A stretch of DNA of 63,626 bases, filler included, from Pelomyxa schiedti (taxonomy: Eukaryota; Protista; Evosea), in the NCBI GenBank assembly GCA_020536535.1. It is 8 parts of 8 records of this genome, joined end to end, with 100 filler letters (N's around TTAATTAATTAA, not from the genome) between each part and the next. Parts side by side here need not be neighbours in the genome. Positions count along the whole stretch, not along the records: positions 1 to 1,091 come from JAHLWZ010002850.1; positions 1,192 to 26,565 come from JAHLWZ010001049.1; 6 more parts are not named here. The stretch is one strand, 5' to 3'. A model generated the notes under the pieces. The model saw only the letters and a program-made list of their open reading frames with translations, was not told where the DNA came from and made no database searches. Position 1 is the stretch's first letter, and the number at the start of each line of letters is the position of its first letter. Shown in pieces: positions 1 through 12,274 of this stretch. A program made the translations under genes and the position numbers.

Positions 1-433
1 CCCGCACCTTCGGGTATTCCAAAATGTGTGTCGGCGAGCAGGCAACCCATTGGCATTCACTGCCACAATCAATTTCCTTCACCAGGCAGGAGGCGTCGGG
101 GCCACGGCCCGCCGGCGCCCCCTCGACGCCGAGCAGCGCGCGGGACACCGAGAACGACAGCACCTTGGCCGAAGGGTGGGGTGCGTTCACCAAGACGGCG
201 AAGGAGGCAGGGTCGAGGAAGCGGCGGAGGAAGGAGCGGGAGGGTGAGGAGAATGGGGAGCCGGGGAGCCACAGCGCCCGCGCCGGGCTGCGCGCCCCGC
301 ACCGTGCGTGCGACGACGTGGCCAGCGCTGCGAGTTGACTGCGTGTGGTGAGGGCAGGAACAGACCGCAACGTTGTTGCTGTTGTTGTGGTTGTTGGGGC
401 GGGGCGTTCGCCCCAACTCCCAGAGATTCCCAT
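1..433 (-). CDS. 5' part of a lineage-expanded hypothetical protein (R[SD]Q..ALA...H.RCG family); runs off the window
   Basis: Open frame from ATG at 433, not in the ORF track: MGISGSWGERPAPTTTTTATTLRSVPALTTRSQLAALATSSHARCGARSPARALWL...KVLSFSVSRALLGVE. The same motif occurs at 29111-29716 and 63180-63626. Confidence 0.7.
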   Translation of the reverse strand, partial: MGISGSWGERPAPTTTTTATTLRSVPALTTRSQLAALATSSHARCGARSPARALWLPGSPFSSPSRSFLRRFLDPASFAVLVNAPHPSAKVLSFSVSRALLGVEGAPAGRGPDASCLVKEIDCGSECQWVACSPTHILEYPKVR

Positions 434-1091
434 CAGATGGTTTTATCAGAAACGTGGTTCACAACAAAAAATCAATCATTCTGAAATTGAGTTGATCACT
501 CTTTGCTGTTTGTTCCTGGAGCTCTGTGGGTTGAACGATGAGGCTGGAAAGAATCACCCAACCTGGAACGGGACTCAGGACTCTGATCTCCTAGCACACA
601 CAATACTCTATCCTGCTGATGTCAGGGGTGCAGTGCACCCTGCAGGACCACGAACTGTTCATACAAAAGGGAAATGAGCTTACTGTCAAGGAAGCACTCA
701 CAGGGTGCATGAAACAACTTCGTGTGACCTTGCTGCCAGCACTGCACGTGCTGCAAGTTGGTCACCCTGATGTTGTATCGATTTTTAGTATTTAAGCACT
801 TGCCAACCCAGTCAGGCTTTTGCCAGAAAACCAGGCTTCGTCTGGCTTACTCCTTTTCAGAAATGCCTGCTCATTTGTGGGTTTTGGGGGATGAAACTCT
901 CATTTTGTTTCAATAAGTTTTGGTTTTTACAGTGTTGGCTCAGAAGAACACTGTTGGCTGTTGTTGGGTGTTATGTAGTTAGCATGGAATTGTCCAAGGG
1001 GGAACATCACCACCCAAGAGCGTAAAGGAAATTTCTGTTGGGTGAGCAGTGACTGCTTGCACCAGAGAGAAGCAAGCATTGGGGTTGAAGT

Positions 1092-1191
1092 NNNNNNNNN
1101 NNNNNNNNNNNNNNNNNNNNNNNNNNNNNNNNNNNTTAATTAATTAANNNNNNNNNNNNNNNNNNNNNNNNNNNNNNNNNNNNNNNNNNNN
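1092..1191. other. Artificial contig linker (N-TTAATTAATTAA-N, stops in all six frames); same linker at 26566-26665, 33376-33475, 34742-34841, 35876-35975, 46590-46689, 48208-48307
   Basis: Identical 100-nt N block with a central TTAATTAATTAA at each site. Confidence 0.97.
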
Positions 1192-2765
1192 CATCAACAG
1201 AACCACAAACAGATCCAGAACCAAACACAAACCCAAAAAGAACCACTCACCACCAACAGATCCAAAAGCACAAGCCTGAACAGGACTACAAACAACACCA
1301 ATACAGCACCACAAATCATGCAACCACCACCAGATTTAGGTTGGATTTGAGTTTGCACTGTTGTTGCTATTGAACTTGTGGTAGTGTGGGTTGTGGGTGG
1401 AGGTGGTGCTGTTGTCAGTGTTGGTGCTGTTTGTGGTTCTGTTGCTATTGATGTTGGTGTTGTTTGGGTTTGTGTCTCTGGGTCTTCCTGTGTTTCCCGA
1501 GGCTTCTTCAAATTCGAAGCTGTGTGGGCCCGCTCCAAAAGAACCCACAGGGAAGCGTCTGTCCAGCCAAGGAACTTTGCAACTTGGAACAATGGTCAGG
1601 ACTAGGAGGTAAATTGTGTTTGCCAGTAAGTCCACAACAATGACAACGAGAAGTGGGGACAGCTGGAGTATGATGGTACTTGGCGTAAGGTCTTGAGGAG
1701 GAGGGGCGAGCGGGAAGGAGCAGGGGGCTGACATCGCGGTTGTTCACCGAGGTGCCCGCGCGGACCAGCAAAGAAGAAGACTCGGAGGAGGAGGCGGCCT
1801 ACCCGTGCCCGCACTCGTACTCGTAGGAGGAGGACAGAGGGAGGATGGCTTCGCAGCGGGAGTCGTCGTCGAGGTAGTCCTTGATGGAGTTGCACACGCG
1901 CTGCGTGTGGTGGCACCAGGGAAGCGGCAGCCCCCGGCCCCAAGCCAACCAAGAGGCCTGCCGCCACGCGTGCAACAACTACTCCATCAAGGACTACCTC
2001 GACGACGACTCCCGCTGCGAAGCCATCCCATCACCACAGTCGTCATCGTCGTCAGCATCACCATCAACCCACTCGGCCCGTTCTCCAGGAAGTTTCTTTT
2101 GTGCACAAAGAGATTCGCTGGGGCCAACAGCCCCAGCATTCCCAACCAAAGCAACTGCCCCACAGGTGCCGCACTCTCCACAAAGCCCGAACATGCACAG
2201 CCAAGGGCTTAGACAGGTCGCAACTGCCCAACACAAATGGAAAAAAGAAAACAGTGCAAACACCAAATCTTCCCTAAGTTGGAGCAAGAAAAAATACAAC
2301 CAAAACCAACAGAACCACAAACAGTATCAAATCAACCAACAGACCCAAACCCAAATCCAAAAACACAGACCCAAACAGCACCACAAACAACACCAACATC
2401 AATAGCAACAGAACCACAAACAGCACCAACACAACCTACAGACCCAAAAACACAAACCCAAACAGCACCACAAACATCACCAACACCAACATCAACAGAA
2501 CCACAAACAGATCCAGAACCAAACACAAACCCAAAAAGAACCACTCACCACCAACAGATCCAAAAGCACAAGCCTGAACAGGACTACAAACAACACCAAT
2601 ACAGCACCACCAATAGTATCACAAACAGAACCACAAACAGCTGGCAGCACCAACACTGACAACAGCACCACCTCCACCCACAACCCACACTACCACAAGT
2701 TCAATAGCAACAACAGTGCAAACTCAAATCCAACCTAAATCTGGTGGTGGTTGCATGATTTGTGT
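1192..2765. repeat. Rearranged region of nested inverted and direct repeats encoding Thr/Pro/Gln-rich fragments
   Basis: Perfect 48-bp inverted repeat 1843-1890/1981-2028. About 120-bp inverted repeat ~1310-1430/~2645-2763. About 120-bp direct repeat 1192-1310/2490-2608. Confidence 0.9.
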
Positions 2766-2885
2766 AAACCTTACTTACCACCATTAGGTTGTAAACCATT
2801 ATTCCATTTTTCTTTCTTCTCAACCTCTTCTTCATTTGTATCAGAGGACAATAGAGGAAGCATTGCAGGTCCCTCCACAGATTTT

Positions 2886-3006
2886 CCAGTGATTACAATG
2901 GCACAGATGTGGGGGTACAGGGACCCCCATGACTGTCAGTGTCTGTCTGCAGCACATTTGCACAAAGCCTGAGGGACCATCACATCTGTGCCATTGTAAT
3001 CACTGG
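2886..3006. repeat. 26-bp perfect inverted repeat with 69-bp spacer
   Basis: ccagtgattacaatggcacagatgtg (2886-2911) is the reverse complement of 2981-3006. Confidence 0.9.
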
Positions 3007-4147
3007 CAGTGTGCTATCCGGCAATGGGGCTCAACTACATTGAGGGCCATTCAAAACATACAATCAAGGTACAAGTCACAGGCTGTCAGTGGGCAGTTAT
3101 CTCTTTGACTATGGCCACTTCTTTTCCCCTCCCATGGTGTAGTCACTGGGAAAACTTCAAATTCAACTGCACTTCTGGAAATGCCGGCCCATGATTCATC
3201 GACCAAAAGAAACCACGAATGATCAGAAACAGAAGGTTCAGATCTGTGATTCCTTCATAGTGTCTTAGAAGCAAGCGGGGTGGGATACCCAGCCATTTTT
3301 AAGTGCTGTACGGGGGCCTGCAACTATAGTAACTACGGACCCAACCACTGTCATCATGGGATGCAGTGTCAAGGACATCACTATCACTACATTGTTGCAA
3401 CTGCCCAATGTCAGGCACCACCAGGCACCCACCTGGTATGTGAAGTGAAAGTGTCATCATTATTGCAACTGTGCTGTGTCCGTGGTCTATAACAACCCCA
3501 CCATTGAAGAGGTTGGTTTTTTCCTTCCTCCCCCATAATAATCATCACACTAATAAAGCCTCACAGAAATGCCGCAAATGAGAAGGTGCAACAGCCAAGC
3601 CATTTTCATTTGTTTCATTTCTCTCAATCATGATCATGACAATCACAATTATGTGGAATTACTTCTTTCTCCAAATGAGATTACAACAAGAAAATACGTG
3701 ATTGAGGCCTCTCAGATGAAGTGTCTTACCATTGTTGAGTTCCTCCTCCCTGGTTGATCTTTTTGAGCTGTTCTCCCAGAAACCTCTCTTACCTGGTGAT
3801 GTCAAATGGAGATTTCCATAGCAAAACATTTGGAATCGAAAATTCCCCTCAGTACCATGTCCCTTATGATACCAGGTGGTTCCCACAACAAGCTGGATCT
3901 GTTTCTGTGGCTTCATGTCTTTCTGTTTGGCATTCTACCCACAGGAGGATATCCGCCTTTTTGTAAGAATAAACACATTTGCCAAGTACCAGGGTATCAA
4001 AACAAAGAGGCTCAGAGAGTTACCAGATCTTCTCAAAAACACCCCTTTTCCGGTTTTTTGATTACAACGACGTGCTCGAGAATCACCAACCAGAAAATCC
4101 AAAAATCTCGCACAAATAAAAAAGCCACGAGCCCGTAGAGGCACCTA

Positions 4148-7100
4148 ATGTCGAAACCAGTGACATCCGCCGCGGCAACGTCGTCAGTGGGCGGAGGCGT
4201 AGGCGGGGGCAACATTATGGGACAGCAGTACCCCCCGGCGCGGCTGGCCCTTGGGCGACTGCCAGCAGATCCCTCGAATCTGGGGGCACCCGTGGGACAA
4301 GGGCCACCTCCTGGGACACCGGTGACCACGAGCATGCAGCGTCAGGACGCTGTCAATGTGACGGCAAAGGCGTCATATCCGTTTAAATTAGATTTTAGCT
4401 CTGACATGTTCAAACTCACTTCGGATGCTTTTCTATCTGGCTGCCAGAATGTTCTAAAAACGTTGGTTTCCTTTTCCCTTTTTTGTCATTTTTTTTTCCA
4501 CCTCTCCATTCACTATCATTGTTTGGATTCAATTATTGTTTGTAGGCTGGACTTGAGAAGGAATAATCTAGTTGAAGTTACCACTGCTTTGAGTCATTTG
4601 AGTAAACTCAAAGTGCTCCGTGTTGATGGGAACTCCATTCTATCTTTCTCCTTCAAGGGTCTTATCAGTGTGGAGTTCATATCTGCTAGGGATAACAAAT
4701 TATCCACTTTGAGTGACATGACCGACCTCAAAAAGATAGTGAGCCTTGATTTTGCTCATAATCAGCTATCTTGTATGTTTTCCTTGTTGTCACTCTGCAC
4801 AGCCTTCCGTTATTGAAGTCTTATATCCATCTTAATGCAGCGGGATTTGAGGAAATAGGAAAATTGAAAACACTCAGAGTGCTAGATCTCTCATTCAATA
4901 GGATGGATTTTTCTCTTCATGACTTCTTTGAGTATGCTTCCTTCTTTAGTTCACGTTCTCAATGCGAACCCTTCGAATTTTGTACCATTTTCTTACTCTG
5001 ATTATCGCAGACTCGTCATGAAACCCCTTAAAAAAATAACCAAGTTAGAATATCTCGCCTTTGAAGGAAACCCCTGCGAGTCACACATTCCTGACTTCAA
5101 GTATTATGTGTTGAGTGAGCTACCAAAATTGAAGTACTACAATTGGGTTGCCCTCTCCAGAGAGGTTAGTGAGCCTTTCTTTTGAATCATATAAGCTCAG
5201 TCTTATTTAGGATCACGCTCGGGCAGAGAAAATGGACTCTGAAGGGAGGTGGCAAGCAAAATTACAAGTAACTAAATTTCTAAATAAAAAATTCTCACAA
5301 CTTATTTCCAGGCCACAAGACCAGTTGCTACCACAAGTATTCAGTGAATGAAATTCCTTTTTTAACCCACGATGAAATAGGTGACAAGGCAGCAACTCAG
5401 CAAAACAAGAGACTCACTACAAGACTTGATGAATTACTTTCTGACATTGACCAATTCGAGATGTCTGCCGACCCTGAGAGTATGGACCAAGTAAATGCAA
5501 TTTGTATGTAACCCAACCAACAAACAGTGACTGCAGCGTTGAATGCCGCTAAGCAAGCCCAGCAAAACTCTATGGTATTGCCGAAGTTGAGTTTAGCATC
5601 TAAGGCCATAAACAGGCTCAAGCAGATCCTCTCAAGGACATTGATGAATTCTTCAAAACCATTGGGGATGCTCCTACTACAACACGACCCAGCGCTGTTC
5701 CCCAGTCTCCAAGCCAGGTCTCAGAGCTCGATGCTATGCTGGCAAACATTGAGCTTGAAGCAAAGCAAACTGGTTGTGTATCCTCCTACAAGTTTACAAC
5801 TTCTGAGTAATACGTTAGAAAAAACGAGTACCGACACTCTAGATAAATTGATGGAACAGATTGGGCATACACCAGCCACTTCGAGCTCCTCTCTTTCGTC
5901 AGGTTTCTCATCGTTTGAGTACACATTTTCAATTAAAAATTAAAAAGGGGCAGACCTGGACGAACTCCTTGAGGAAATGATCAGCACTGAAACTAAGAAA
6001 GAGGTCAAACCCTCTGGCCACTTGAGTAAGGTTCCTTACAATCAACAATATTCTTAATCAGTAAAGAACCTCCTCCTAATAATACATTACGGAGAGAAGT
6101 GCATAAGACACTCACTGAGCTGGAGGCATCTCTTACTGTTGGTATGTTTTCTTGGGGTGTCAACCTTCGGTAAATTGTCACCCCTCTAGGAATATCCCCT
6201 CCCGATGTCCCACCTCCTTCCAGCATTCCACCTCCCTCAACAACTGCTAATATTCCACCTCCCCAAGTCACTGATATACCACCCCCCAATAGCGATATTC
6301 CTCCACCACAATCCAATGTACCCAAACAAACCCGGAAACCGCCACCCCAAAGGAGGAATCTTGCCCCTACAAGAGGTAGTTTTTTTGAAAAAAAACAAAA
6401 AAAAATCACTCATCCGCCATACTTAACAGGACATAGAGAACCCCAAAAAGCTGGTACAATTGCTCCATTTTTGTTGAGAAAATCTATTAAGAATCATAGA
6501 TGCGATTTCTGCTGAGGACTTGGACTCTGCCCTTGACACATTGCTTGGAGCTGACTTGAAAACATCAACAAGCAGTACAACCACACCCGAACCAAAACCT
6601 GTTACAAATTTCGCTTCGTGTGTAGTCAAATACCAAAAGGAGAATCGCTCAGTTTACTTCTAGGCTATTAACATCGGAGAATCTTGACGATCTTTTAGCA
6701 TGCGTGGAGCAGGAAATCACTCAGCCACCACAACAATCACCATCAGAGCAAGTCATCCCTCCACCAGCATTGGAACCACAACAAATTATAGAGCCCCCTC
6801 CCCAACTTGAACCTCAAGTCGTTCAAGTTGATACCAAACCTCAACCAACACCTCAACCCCAGCACCCATCACAACCCGAAGTACCTCCCACATCCGAGCA
6901 AATAACTCTCCCACAATCACTGCGACCCGAACCTGTACCGGTACCGGAACCACAACCGGAGCTGGAACCAGAACCGCAAGTTGAACAAGATACCGCAGGC
7001 AAGCAAGATGATCTAGATATGTTACTTGCTGAGGTGGAATCACAAATGACAACGTCCGCATCTCCACCTTTAACATTGACACCACAAACGGCACCCACAC

Positions 7101-10100
7101 AATACCCCGAACTTCCATCTACCACTTTACCTGCGCAGTCTTCTCCAGCACCTGTACCTATTCAACCTGCCGCGCCTGTGAATCCACACTTAGCCAAGAT
7201 CGTGGATCTTGAGTTCAAGGGCAAACTGGGTGATGGCGCTTTTGGAGATACATACAGAGGAACATGCAAAGGTGCTGAGGGCGTTCTCAAGAAAGTACGA
7301 CCCCAGAGGTTCCACAGCGCATTTTTAGCCGATTTTGTTTCAGAATCCATGAAACTTGTGTACGCAACCCAAAAGTTCCCGAATCCTAACTCACAAGAAT
7401 AGAAAACTGAAGCACGAAAACATTGTATCTGTTGCAGCCTATTGTACTGACGAAGTTGTCTGCTTCGTTACTCCTTTTATAGAGGGGCAAAATCTTTTCA
7501 ATTGGTCCCGAAACGCAAACAACAAAGTGCACAACCAGCCATTTTTTCTCTTTAATTTTTACACAGGAAGATATATTAACACGAGTGAATATCGCTAAGG
7601 CTCTGGCCAGTGGTATGCACTATCTGCATGAAAACGGTGTTGTTCACGGCTCACTCAAGTCTTCGGATATTATTGTGCCTCCCTTTCATCCTTTCTTTGG
7701 TGATTCATTTGAAGTATTATTATGCAGTTGAACAAAAGCAATATGCCACTGATAAGAGACTACGGTTACAATAAAATCAAGAGTGGAAACTTGACAGACA
7801 CTGTACATTACTCCCCAGAGTACTACCCACCAGAACTTTTTGCCAGTGCACGGTTTTCACAGGAAGTATGAAAAAGTTCATATCTTTTTTTTTGAAAAAT
7901 TAACTTTTGGCTCAGGGGGATGTATACAGTTATGGTATTATACTATGGGAGATGTTCGAGTCTGGGTTCCCCCACGGCAAACCAGCACCACAAGATCAGA
8001 AAGCACTGGAACTGACTTTCACAAGAACACCTCCCGTTTTTACACAGCTGATTAAGAGGTGCACAATGGACCCTGGGATGAGGCCTTCATTTTCTGATCT
8101 TTTCACTGTAATGGAAGCAACTGTAAGTCATTCAAGTGATTAAACGAAGTAATAACCGTCTCCAGCCCATGTCAGAGTTGACAAGAGTTATCGATACCGC
8201 AGATGTTGGTAATCCACAATTAAGTACCCTCTGTTATGTCTTACTGCTACTAGAGCAAGCAAAGAAAATTAAAATTATTGTTGGGAAAATGATCGAAATG
8301 ATGAAATTACCAAGTGATCTCGTGCCTGTCAAAGCCCTTCGAGCTGTTCAGAACTATGTTGAAAACCGTATTTCCCCCTCTACTTTTGTCAAAATATGAT
8401 GCTTTCCAGATAACTCTGTTGCCGAACTTCTGAAGGAGGGGATACTCCCTCCAATGCTAGATTGCCTTTCTTCACCATACGAGCAAGTTGTAGAAGCTGC
8501 TTTAGCTGCTTTCATTGATTTGTGCAGGCATAGTAAGTACAATTGTATTGTTGGGTTATTTAGCATTCAAAAAATCAAAAGAGGCATTCACCGATAGCTT
8601 GCAAACCTGCGGGTCTCTTGCTCAAATTGTGTCTCTGTACAGCCACTCAAACGACACTTTAGTCATATCAGCTCTGAAACTCTCCTTCATTCTCGTTAAA
8701 AACAGTACCTCAAGATAACGAGTCCCTTAATCTAATTGAACTGCAGAAATACTGGCCGAGAACCTCGTTTCAGTTGGATGTCTTGACCATCTCATCGAGA
8801 AACTCCACATTCCCAATGATCTCATTGTGGTCACAACCTTGCGTTTGTGCACGAAGCTCCTCAAATTTCGTATCATCCTCAATTCCCCTCAATCCCGAAA
8901 CTTACGCTCATTAGCTGCAATGCAAGAGAAGTTTCTCGACTCCAATCAAGTGCCATGGTTATGCAGTAACATCGGAGCCAGGGCGAACCCCGTGGTCCGC
9001 GTTCTTGCATTCCAAGCGCTCGCATTCTTATCTTCCCACTGTAGTTATACAATTTGCATGCATTATCTAATACTGTATAATAACAGCCACCGTTTCTGCT
9101 ATACTTCTTCAGAGAGGATTTCCAGATCATGTGCTCAATTTACTCTCAGAAAAGAGCGAATTGTTGCATGTTGTGGGCTCAAAGTGTGCCGCTGTGATGA
9201 CCAAAAATGGTTTTTCCCTCTTTTCTTTTCCTTTGGTTACCTATTCTAATACAGTTATTTAGAAGAAATAATCTTCAAACTTGGTGTAACTGAATGGACT
9301 ATTGCCCTTATTCTTTTACTGAAATCGCCGAATCCTAAAATAATCAAGAATACTTTCCAGGCTTTTTCAAATTTCTGCAAGTTTGTTGGTAAGCTGGCCT
9401 CTTGGGGAGTGTCTTTTTATTGCTCACACTAATCACCAACAGAAGGTACAGCTGAACGTCTCCACCCCCACGGAATTATGAAATCCGTCACCTCTGCACT
9501 CTCTTCTCCCACTTCACCTCCTTCTCTTCTTGTTTCTGCACTTGCACTTCTCAAGTGCCTATTCACTTGTGGTAAGTCTCCTCCCTTGAGATATTGTCTA
9601 AATGTATTGCTTCTAGACAAGTACAAGCTCGCCCTTAGTGACCTTATCAAGGTCTTCCCAGGCCTTATCACACACGACAGCATGAAAGTCAGTCAAGCAG
9701 CACTGGAGGCCTTGCAAATACTTGCTAGTGATGGTGTGGTTTCAATTTGTAAGTATGCATTCCTGACACTATGAAGCTTCTGGAATGGAAGAAATCAAGG
9801 CAACGGAGCTTATCCCCACTGTAATACTGCAGTTATGCAAAATGGACAGTACCTCTTTTGGCCACTCTACCTCCAAACCCGAAGTTTTCAGCTACACTGT
9901 TGACCTTGTCAAACTTGTGCGCGCGTTCGCGGAGGGAGGCGGCGACAGTATGATTGTATCTGCTGGTGGAGTGATGAAACTTGTAGAATTAGTGATGAAG
10001 AGGTACCGCACAAAGTCCTACTTTTCTAAAGTTCCCCAAGTGAGACAATTTCTGAGGAAATACGTACAGAAGCTGGCCTAGCTCTTTGCACTTTCCTGGC

Positions 10101-10630
10101 ATCAGGTTTGTTGAAATATTGTATCCTGTACCCTCATCCACTGTTTTCAGCTGAAAATCGGCAAGCCCTCATTCAAGCGGGGGGTCTTCAGCCTCTACTT
10201 ATGCTAATGTCTCCAGTCCAGCAAAGCCAAGAAGCACTCCCAGACGCACTTCTAAGGGCTGTATCTGCAATATGCAAAGAGCGTAAGTGCCGCATGTTTT
10301 AATTAAGATTCTTTGTAACTAATTGAACTCAGCTGGTGTTGCACCCCTTCTGTTTAATAGTGGGGCCATTCCTTGTTTACTTGACAATTTCAAATCCGGT
10401 TCGCAAGTTCTCAAGTCAAATGCACTTAAATTGATGCTAATTCTCTGTCAGTCGCGTAAGTCCCTTTTTTGCAGCTCAACATTGGAAGCTAACCTAGCCC
10501 TACAGCGCAAAACATAGTCCAGCTCAAGAGATTCCAAACCATACAAGTACTAGAAGAGTTTGCAGAAATGACAACTCTGCCTCCCTTCAAAGCAGCCACT
10601 CAAAAAATCCTCACAAACCTCCGACAGTGA
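4148..10630 (+). CDS. Multi-exon LRR - LD-motif/Pro-rich linker - TKL-like pseudokinase - ARM/HEAT repeat protein
   Basis: LRRs (LDLRRNNL, LRVDGNSI, LDFAHNQL, LDLSFNRM, LAFEGNP cap). Kinase motifs GDGAFG, KLKHENIV, VVHGSLKSSDII, IRDYG, DVYSYGIILWEM, RPSF. ARM-like exons (ENRQALIQAGGLQPLLMLM, LFNSGAIPCLL). Ends ...QKILTNLRQ* at 10630. Confidence 0.85.
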
Positions 10631-10946
10631 AACCTGCAACAACAAAAACCCACATATCTTTGTACAACAGCAAACAAAAAAAAAAGCCCAAAATCCACCA
10701 ACCACACGCAACAACAAAATGAAAATAAAGTTATCCTATCCCCAATAGCAATCTTTGGGCACGCAGGTGATTGTTTGTTCATGTCAACAAAAGGTCCTCC
10801 AACTACCAAAAGAAAAAAACGAAGGGCGAAAAAACAAAAAGAAAAAAAAAGTCTGCATCTCAACAGGGAGGAAAAAAAAACAGACGCGACACCAACACAA
10901 CTGAGCCGAGACGAGCCGAGATTTGAAAGAAAAATTATAAAAAAAA

Positions 10947-11999
10947 ATGAAGGGAGATGAGGAGCAGGCGGCGGTGTGGCTCGAATCTACGCCCATAGAC
11001 AAGACATGTTCCAACCAGAGGTGCAAACGTAAGACCAAGGTGTGGGAAATACGTGCCGAGTACTGCGGCCGCACTCCGCGACATCGCCTCTGCGGCGCCT
11101 GCATACGAAGATCTGTGATGCCAACCGAAGGCTGCTGCCCCGTGTGCGAAGAAATTGAAGGCAGGCGGATGATCGCGTCCGCGACCGGCAGGAAGCGCAG
11201 CAGCCTCGGCGTTGGCGTGGGGGCACTTGTCAATGTTGGATATGGTGATAACGTGAACGTGACGGACGGCGGCGGCGCTCTTTGCTCTGCTGCTGGTAGT
11301 CTGCTGGGATTGCAGACATCGCCTCAGGTTGTGGCAAAGAGGACCAAGTTCGTTAAGACGAGGCAATTGCAGCAACAACAACAGCCGGAAGCTCAGCAAA
11401 TGCAACAATTCAACCAATATAACTCACAACAACTACCACCTACACAACAACAAATACTGAATGTAGCGCCAGGCCAGGAGGGAAGGGTCGAGGAGCCACC
11501 CTCTGAATATATAATGCCTTCTCCACATTCTTCAGCAACTTCATCCCCAAACCTGGAGGAGGGAGAAACCGGACAAGCCGAATCCCAACTTGGAAATCCA
11601 CTTGGTGTAAGCAGCACCACAACCACTTCTGTCACATCCAAAAACTCGCCCCCTAGCCCCGCAAATATCCTCACCGCGCCTCAAAACAGCATTAACGCCA
11701 CAGCACCGCCATCACATCTCACTTCACCCCCACCAAAGGCACAACTTGACCGCATGGTTAATGCCGAGCTTGAAGCAGTTGTTCGGGTACAGGATATCTT
11801 GTCCCCTGATGCCACTTGCCCTGTATGCGGCCATTCTTTTCACGGGTCTAGTGCTCAGAACCCACCTGCATTGTGGATTTCCAACTGCCTCCACCTCTTG
11901 TGCACAAGGTGCTCCAATAAAGTGGCTACGTATGGCAAGTGCCCTATGTGTTCCAAAGAGGTCACCAAATTGATGCGGACATACTTTGAAGGGAGATAA
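10947..11999 (+). CDS. RING-finger protein (N-terminal Cys/His finger, low-complexity linker, C-terminal RING-HC); probable E3 ligase
   Basis: Single 350-aa ORF. C-terminal CPVC...CLHLLCTRC...CPMC; N-terminal C..C...HRLCGAC...CPVC. Confidence 0.8.
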   Translation: MKGDEEQAAVWLESTPIDKTCSNQRCKRKTKVWEIRAEYCGRTPRHRLCGACIRRSVMPTEGCCPVCEEIEGRRMIASATGRKRSSLGVGVGALVNVGYGDNVNVTDGGGALCSAAGSLLGLQTSPQVVAKRTKFVKTRQLQQQQQPEAQQMQQFNQYNSQQLPPTQQQILNVAPGQEGRVEEPPSEYIMPSPHSSATSSPNLEEGETGQAESQLGNPLGVSSTTTTSVTSKNSPPSPANILTAPQNSINATAPPSHLTSPPPKAQLDRMVNAELEAVVRVQDILSPDATCPVCGHSFHGSSAQNPPALWISNCLHLLCTRCSNKVATYGKCPMCSKEVTKLMRTYFEGR

Positions 12000-12182
12000 G
12001 CAACAGGAACAACTACAAAAAACTTCAGATTTGTTTTCTTAACATTGGACAAAAAACAAAAAAGCTGGTTTTCACCAGCCCTCTTTGTAGACATTATTCC
12101 TTGCTTAAGTGACATCTGCCATTTTTTTTTGGAAAATTCTCCAAATGTGCGGCGGTGGTGGACAGATCATGGTCTTTGACTC

Positions 12183-12225
12183 CTAGTGTCCCGTAGGTGT
12201 TGTCGTAACTTCAGGAGTACCGGCA

Positions 12226-12274
<49 letters not shown>

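Noticed and set aside
1092-1191. TTAATTAATTAA palindromes recurring seven times as a biological repeat or CRISPR-like element
   Set aside because: Always centred in 100-nt N blocks; this is an assembly linker.
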